Origin: a virus
Taxonomy: Duplodnaviria > Caudoviricetes
IMG/VR virus record: IMGVR_UViG_3300033463_004353
Coordinates: 10,167-74,166 of that record
Length of the DNA: 64,000 bases
Reading direction: 5' to 3' (one strand)
Of the stretch, positions 59,610 through 64,000 are shown in pieces; position 1 is the first letter of the stretch, and each line of letters starts with the position of its first letter. Position numbers and translations under genes: made by a program. The notes under the pieces are model-generated. The model saw only the letters and a program-made list of their open reading frames with translations, made no database searches and was not told where the DNA came from.

Positions 59610-60674
59610 TTATTGTATGTTGTCTAAATATTTCTCTAATTCTCCAATTGTCTCAACCATCTTCTCATGGGGTATCTCGCATGTTGCGGCATGGTTTATG
59701 AACTTGGTGTCTTCTAAGTATGGCACCATGCAATCAACATAGTCAAGGATTGTGTAATATGTATCGCGATCTTTGCTCACTTGTATGAAATGCTCATTCA
59801 CATAGTCTGAGCACCCAATGCTACTAGCAATCTTGCCTAAGTCACAATTGTTTGGGTTTGTGTACAATACTGCAAGACTCTTGCCATTCTTGTGGTGTGT
59901 AATGACATCTAGTATCTCCTTGAACTTGTATCCCATGTCTGTCAGACGAAATGGTAAGAACAGCACATGATGCCCTTTGCTTGTGAACTCCTGCAATGAT
60001 GACATGACTGATTCATCCAGCTTGTAAGAGAAGAATGGCAAGCTTCTGTCTATCAGTGTGCTTATCATGATTGTGTTGCACATTGCCACATTAGTGGTTG
60101 ACTTGAGCATATCTATGTACTTCTCTTGGTCTTCAGATGCTATGATTGCATTCTTCACTCTTGAGAATATGTACTTGTCTATTGACTTGTGTGGCTCTAA
60201 GAAGTCTCTTGTCTTCTCATCTGTTGCACATACTGGGCACCAGTATATGACATCTAGCCAGCTCAGCTTGTCTAGTGCCATCAACACAACAAACTGCGCT
60301 TCAGCTATGATAGTGTCATATGAGCTGCCATCTACTAAATCAATGATCTTTGATGCAAACCCAATATCCCGTTGCACTTTTGATGACTCAACTATCAAGC
60401 TAGTCTCTTTCAAGCATATGCTGGTGTTGTTCATCTCACCGATCTTTGCAACTGCTTGTGAGAACCACTCATAGTCATTGCCAGATAGTGGACAAGCTAT
60501 GTCTAAGTGCTTGAAAGACTTGATGTGTGAGAATGTTGACAACATACGATTGACATTTCCATCTGCTTTGAAGTTCAATGCTTTTGTCTTGTAGTCAAAG
60601 CACGAGTATATTGGTATGTACAGCACTCGCTTGCCATGTATCAAGTTAGACAGCTTTATATATTCATCTTTCAT
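59610..60674 (-). CDS. Putative glycosyltransferase (possible DNA sugar transferase, assigned mainly by context)
   Basis: First gene of the operon; IPIYS...ADGNVNR, FLPFRLTDMGY, PYLED blocks; alternating beta/alpha pattern compatible with GT-B; no unambiguous signature. Confidence 0.45.
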   Translation of the reverse strand: MKDEYIKLSNLIHGKRVLYIPIYSCFDYKTKALNFKADGNVNRMLSTFSHIKSFKHLDIACPLSGNDYEWFSQAVAKIGEMNNTSICLKETSLIVESSKVQRDIGFASKIIDLVDGSSYDTIIAEAQFVVLMALDKLSWLDVIYWCPVCATDEKTRDFLEPHKSIDKYIFSRVKNAIIASEDQEKYIDMLKSTTNVAMCNTIMISTLIDRSLPFFSYKLDESVMSSLQEFTSKGHHVLFLPFRLTDMGYKFKEILDVITHHKNGKSLAVLYTNPNNCDLGKIASSIGCSDYVNEHFIQVSKDRDTYYTILDYVDCMVPYLEDTKFINHAATCEIPHEKMVETIGELEKYLDNIQ

Positions 60675-60722
60675 TGAGACATAAACATTATATCATTGTC
60701 AATCTTTAAAATAGAAAACAAT

Positions 60723-60823
60723 GCTATGCCTTTCAAGCAAGGCAATGCAAATCGGCTTATGTTGTTTAGCATAGGCTTGATGCTGTAGCATTGCATTCTT
60801 GAACATAGAAACCTTAGGCATGC
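60723..60823 (+). ncRNA. Candidate ~100-nt long imperfect hairpin RNA/regulatory element
   Basis: Nested pairs ATGCCT/AGGCAT, TTCAAG/CTTGAA, GCAATGC/GCATTGC, GGCTTATG/CATAGGCT (G-U pairs favour the + strand). Confidence 0.45.
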
Positions 60824-60884
60824 AATAGTTATTTTTAACTAGAAAAAATCACTCATTAACATAACTTACACATCATTATAGATT

Positions 60885-62522
60885 ATGCCAAAGATATATC
60901 TGTCAGACATTGACACCATAAAGAAGTTCATGCTAGAAGATGCTGATGAACAGCAAGAGAGCATAGAAGCCGCAAGTGATGTTGACTCACAGCCTATAGA
61001 AGACCCATTGCTCAACAGTCCAAGCAAGTCACAGCCACAGCCACCATCTGAAGACAACACTATAGAAGACAAGCCATACTTCTTCAAGACAATACTCTTC
61101 TTCACCAATGAGAGAGACTCTTCAAAGAACAAGACACTGAAGAACTTAGAAGAAGCAATAGAAGGCAAGAACATCGACATAGTTGTGCTTGTTTCAGATG
61201 AAGTCCACTACAAGGCTATGGATGACAAGATTATGATAAATGACAACAAGACAAAGTATGTCATAGACAAGCAATCTAACATTGACACAATAGCTATTGT
61301 GAGGCTTGGTGCACAAGATAGTGAAGAGTGTATGGAGTGCATAAAAGAGATACAAGACTGGGGACTGTTTGTGCTGAATCCAATACAGCCAGCTAAGAGA
61401 GCTTCAAACAAGTATCAGTCATGTGTCTTGATGGAGAGATATGGCATTCCACAGCCTAAGTTCACATTGTTGACAAAGAATGATGTGAAAGATGGAATGG
61501 ACTCACTCACCAAGAAGCTCAAGCTGATCTACAAAGATGCTGACAAGAATGAAGATGCTGAGAACTATGAGTATGTTGTGAAGAAGCTTGATGGCCATGG
61601 TGGCACAGGTGTGTTCATGGTCAATGGCAAGACTATACTTGCCATACTGCAAGCTATGTTCTCAATTGATGAAGACTTGGAGTTGCTATTGCAGAAGAAG
61701 CAAGATGCAGATGGTGGAGACATTCGTGTGCATGTGCTTACCATGAGGACTAGCCAAAAGATACTTGCATCAATGAAGCGAAAGAAGATTGGCAAAGACT
61801 TCCGTAGCAATATATCACTTGGTGCAACCGCAGAGCCTGTAGAACTGACAAGAGAGCAAGAAGAGATCGCACTAAAAGTTGCCAAGATATCAGGCATGCC
61901 ATGGTGTGCTGTTGATATAATGCCATTAGTCAAAGGCAGTGATGATGACTTCAAAGAAGTAGGATACAATGTTGTCTTAGAGTTCAATGCTAGCCCCGGA
62001 ACTGATGGCATATCAGAAGTGATAAAGGAGAACTTCTGTAAGATATTGCTAGACAATATAAATGACATAAATGAGCTCACACTAGCACCAAAGTCAATAG
62101 GATATCTTGAAGACATCACTATAACAATGGAAGATGAGGAGACAATCACATTTGAGGCAAAGCTTGACACTGGCAATGGTGCAAAGGCATCTACTATTGG
62201 GTGTGATGAAGTGAAGACGATTGATGACAATGTGATTGCAAAGATTGGTGACAAGCAATACTACTTCAAGAAGAGTGGCAAGTCAAAGGCAATAGTTGGC
62301 CAAGTGACTGAAGAGAGAGTTGTTGTTGAAGTGCCTTGCATACAGATAGGGACAAGGAAGCTTCTCAATGCAGAGTTTGCATTAGTAGACAACCGTAACA
62401 AGAAGCAGAAAGTTTTGTTGAATCGTGACATCATGTCAAAGCTTGCTTACATGATAAACCCATCTAAGTCACACTTGATTGAAGATGAGTTCAGTGAGTT
62501 GAAGCAAAATGCAAAGAAATGA
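60885..62522 (+). CDS. RimK-like ATP-grasp ligase fused to a C-terminal RimB-like (retropepsin-type) protease
   Basis: ASNKY, YVVKKLDGHGGTGV, DIRVHV, FRSNISLG, AVDI, LEFNASPG; C-terminal AKLDTG...EERVVV...EFALVD...VLLNRD. Confidence 0.85.
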   Translation: MPKIYLSDIDTIKKFMLEDADEQQESIEAASDVDSQPIEDPLLNSPSKSQPQPPSEDNTIEDKPYFFKTILFFTNERDSSKNKTLKNLEEAIEGKNIDIVVLVSDEVHYKAMDDKIMINDNKTKYVIDKQSNIDTIAIVRLGAQDSEECMECIKEIQDWGLFVLNPIQPAKRASNKYQSCVLMERYGIPQPKFTLLTKNDVKDGMDSLTKKLKLIYKDADKNEDAENYEYVVKKLDGHGGTGVFMVNGKTILAILQAMFSIDEDLELLLQKKQDADGGDIRVHVLTMRTSQKILASMKRKKIGKDFRSNISLGATAEPVELTREQEEIALKVAKISGMPWCAVDIMPLVKGSDDDFKEVGYNVVLEFNASPGTDGISEVIKENFCKILLDNINDINELTLAPKSIGYLEDITITMEDEETITFEAKLDTGNGAKASTIGCDEVKTIDDNVIAKIGDKQYYFKKSGKSKAIVGQVTEERVVVEVPCIQIGTRKLLNAEFALVDNRNKKQKVLLNRDIMSKLAYMINPSKSHLIEDEFSELKQNAKK

Positions 62523-63283
62523 GATATATCATAGAATACATATCAGAGAAGCTGAAAGTAGACAAGCATGTATCTGTTGCATATTCTTGCAAGCCTAAGA
62601 CAAAAGATGAGCTGATCAATATATTGTCAGATAGGCTAGAGAAAGACAAAGATGCTGACTTGAATGACATTGATGTCTCATTAGTTAAAGACATGTCATA
62701 CTTGTTTGATAGGCTAGAACCGCATGATATAGACATATCACAATGGGATGTGTCTAATGTAAAGAATATGGGAGGGATGTTCTTTGATTGTAGAGGGTTC
62801 AATGCAGACTTGTCTAGTTGGGATGTCTCTAATGTTGTTAAGATGTATTCTACGTTTGAGAATTGCAAGAATTTCAACTCAGACCTCTCACAATGGGATG
62901 TGTCTAATGCAGAGGATATGAATAGCATGTTCTACAATTGCAGCAAGTTCAACTCAGACCTCTCACAATGGGATGTGTCAAATGCTATAGATATGCATTT
63001 TATGTTCTACAATTGCAATAGCTTCAACTCAGACCTCTCACATTGGGATGTGTCTAGTATCAAGGACATGTCATTCATGTTTGCTAATTGTGATAGCTTC
63101 AACTCTGACCTCTCACATTGGGATGTGTCTAATGCTATAGATATGCGGTTGATGTTCTACAATTGCAAGAGATTCAACTCTGACTTGTCTAGTTGGGATA
63201 TGTCTAAAGTCAAGTATATGGACTCTATGTTTTATAGTTGCTCATCACTAAAAACAAAGCCTGCTTGGTATAAGAGCATATGA
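62519..63283 (+). CDS. DUF285/BspA-type 25-aa repeat protein
   Basis: Seven FNSDLSxWDVSNxxxMxxMFxxC-type units. Confidence 0.9.
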   Translation: MRYIIEYISEKLKVDKHVSVAYSCKPKTKDELINILSDRLEKDKDADLNDIDVSLVKDMSYLFDRLEPHDIDISQWDVSNVKNMGGMFFDCRGFNADLSSWDVSNVVKMYSTFENCKNFNSDLSQWDVSNAEDMNSMFYNCSKFNSDLSQWDVSNAIDMHFMFYNCNSFNSDLSHWDVSSIKDMSFMFANCDSFNSDLSHWDVSNAIDMRLMFYNCKRFNSDLSSWDMSKVKYMDSMFYSCSSLKTKPAWYKSI

Positions 63284-63969
63284 AAGAGATTGTAAAATAC
63301 ATATTAGAGAAGCTGGTTGTATCTAAAGCTAGCAAGCAAACAAGCTATTCTTGCCAACCAAAGACAAAGAATGAACTTGCTAAGATAATCAACAAGAGGA
63401 TACATGAAAACAAAGATACCGACTTGAATGACATTGATGTATCATTAGTAGAAGACATGTCTTATTTGTTTTGCTATTTAGATCCACATAGTATAGACAT
63501 ATCACAGTGGGATGTATCTAATGTGAAGGACATGAATGGGATGTTTGATGATTGCACGAATTTCAACTCAGACCTCTCACAATGGGATGTATCTAATGTG
63601 GAGGATATGAGGGGGATGTTCGCTTTTTGTGGGGCTTTCAACAGTGACATCTCACATTGGGATGTGTCTAATGTGAAGGACATGCGCGCTATGTTCTACA
63701 ATTGCAAGAACTTCAACTGTGACTTATCTAAGTGGGATGTGTCTAATGTCAAGAACATGAATAGGATGTTTGCATATTGCAATGACTTCACCCAAGACCT
63801 CTCACAATGGGATGTGTCTAGTGTGACAAATATTGGATACATGTTCTACAATTGCAAGAATTTCAACTCAGACCTCTCACAATGGGATGTGTATAAAGTC
63901 AAGTATATGTCTAATATGTTTAATGGTTGCACATCATTAGAAAAAACACCAAGTTGGTATAGAGAATGA
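63280..63969 (+). CDS. DUF285/BspA-type 25-aa repeat protein (paralog)
   Basis: Six WD-containing units; N-terminal domain homologous to the 62519 gene. Confidence 0.9.
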   Translation: MKEIVKYILEKLVVSKASKQTSYSCQPKTKNELAKIINKRIHENKDTDLNDIDVSLVEDMSYLFCYLDPHSIDISQWDVSNVKDMNGMFDDCTNFNSDLSQWDVSNVEDMRGMFAFCGAFNSDISHWDVSNVKDMRAMFYNCKNFNCDLSKWDVSNVKNMNRMFAYCNDFTQDLSQWDVSSVTNIGYMFYNCKNFNSDLSQWDVYKVKYMSNMFNGCTSLEKTPSWYRE

Positions 63970-64000
63970 AAGAGATGAGTTGTTACATATCAGAGAAGCT
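63966..64000 (+). CDS. Start of a probable third array member (partial)
   Basis: ATGA overlap; MKEMSCYISEK matches the YISEKL/YILEKL leaders of the two upstream paralogs. Confidence 0.6.
   Translation, partial: MKEMSCYISEK

Noticed and set aside
683-62928. Numerous antisense/alternate-frame ORFs in the track (e.g. 683-1261, 10768-11475, 32511-33074, 47536-51018, 61565-62254)
   Set aside because: They overlap well-supported genes on the opposite strand, are Ser/Leu/Ile-rich shadows of the coding bias, and lack motifs.
62860-63900. CRISPR-like array (regular 75-bp spacing with conserved ~35-bp block)
   Set aside because: Units are in-frame coding repeats whose variable parts are homologous to each other; no cas genes.
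62519-63969. Diversity-generating retroelement acting on the DUF285 repeats
   Set aside because: Differences between repeats are not confined to adenines, no non-coding template copy is seen, and there is no reverse transcriptase in the window.
1-64000. Stop-codon reassignment (TAG=Gln as in Lak/crAss-like phages, or TGA recoding)
   Set aside because: Long conserved genes (DnaK, TMP, helicases) are uninterrupted under code 11; TAG and TGA end genes at sensible places, often in ATGA overlaps, and read-through gives no convincing extensions.
1-64000. tRNA/rRNA genes, integrase or transposase
   Set aside because: No cloverleaf with T-loop GTTC(G/A)A and CCA context found in intergenic gaps by eye; no recombinase or transposase motifs among the ORFs.

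Overview
This is a 64-kb segment of a large T4-like (myovirus) jumbo phage read in the standard genetic code 11. The host is most likely an anaerobic Bacteroidota: there is a Bacteroides-type DAHP synthase-chorismate mutase, a TTTG-N20-TAnnTTTG promoter, a lipobox protein and BspA/DUF285 repeats. Virion genes include tail-fibre/Ig-like proteins, gp25- and gp6-like baseplate proteins, a gp13-like neck protein, a 2532-aa tape measure and a tail-tube-like protein. Other genes cover replication/repair (primase-SF2 helicase, DinG-like helicase, RuvC, Rnl2-like ligase) and host-type auxiliary functions (DnaK/DnaJ, a formate/nitrite channel, NadE, an NDK-ferritin fusion, a RimK-protease fusion). The most striking element is a seven-gene minus-strand operon at 53931-60674 encoding a putative glycosyltransferase, SIS sugar-phosphate isomerase, NTP-transferase/kinase fusion, dNMP kinase, DAHP synthase-chorismate mutase, KdsC-like phosphatase and U32-family Fe-S protein. 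I interpret it as an oxygen-independent, prephenate-fed base-hydroxylation plus sugar-transfer (DNA hypermodification) pathway that carries its own prephenate supply; this is inference. Also seen: a ~360-nt and a ~100-nt strongly base-paired intergenic RNA candidate, two recurrent promoter-like motifs, T4-like capsid-targeting N-termini on several unrelated proteins, and strong CpG depletion. All family calls come from motif recognition by eye; no searches were run.
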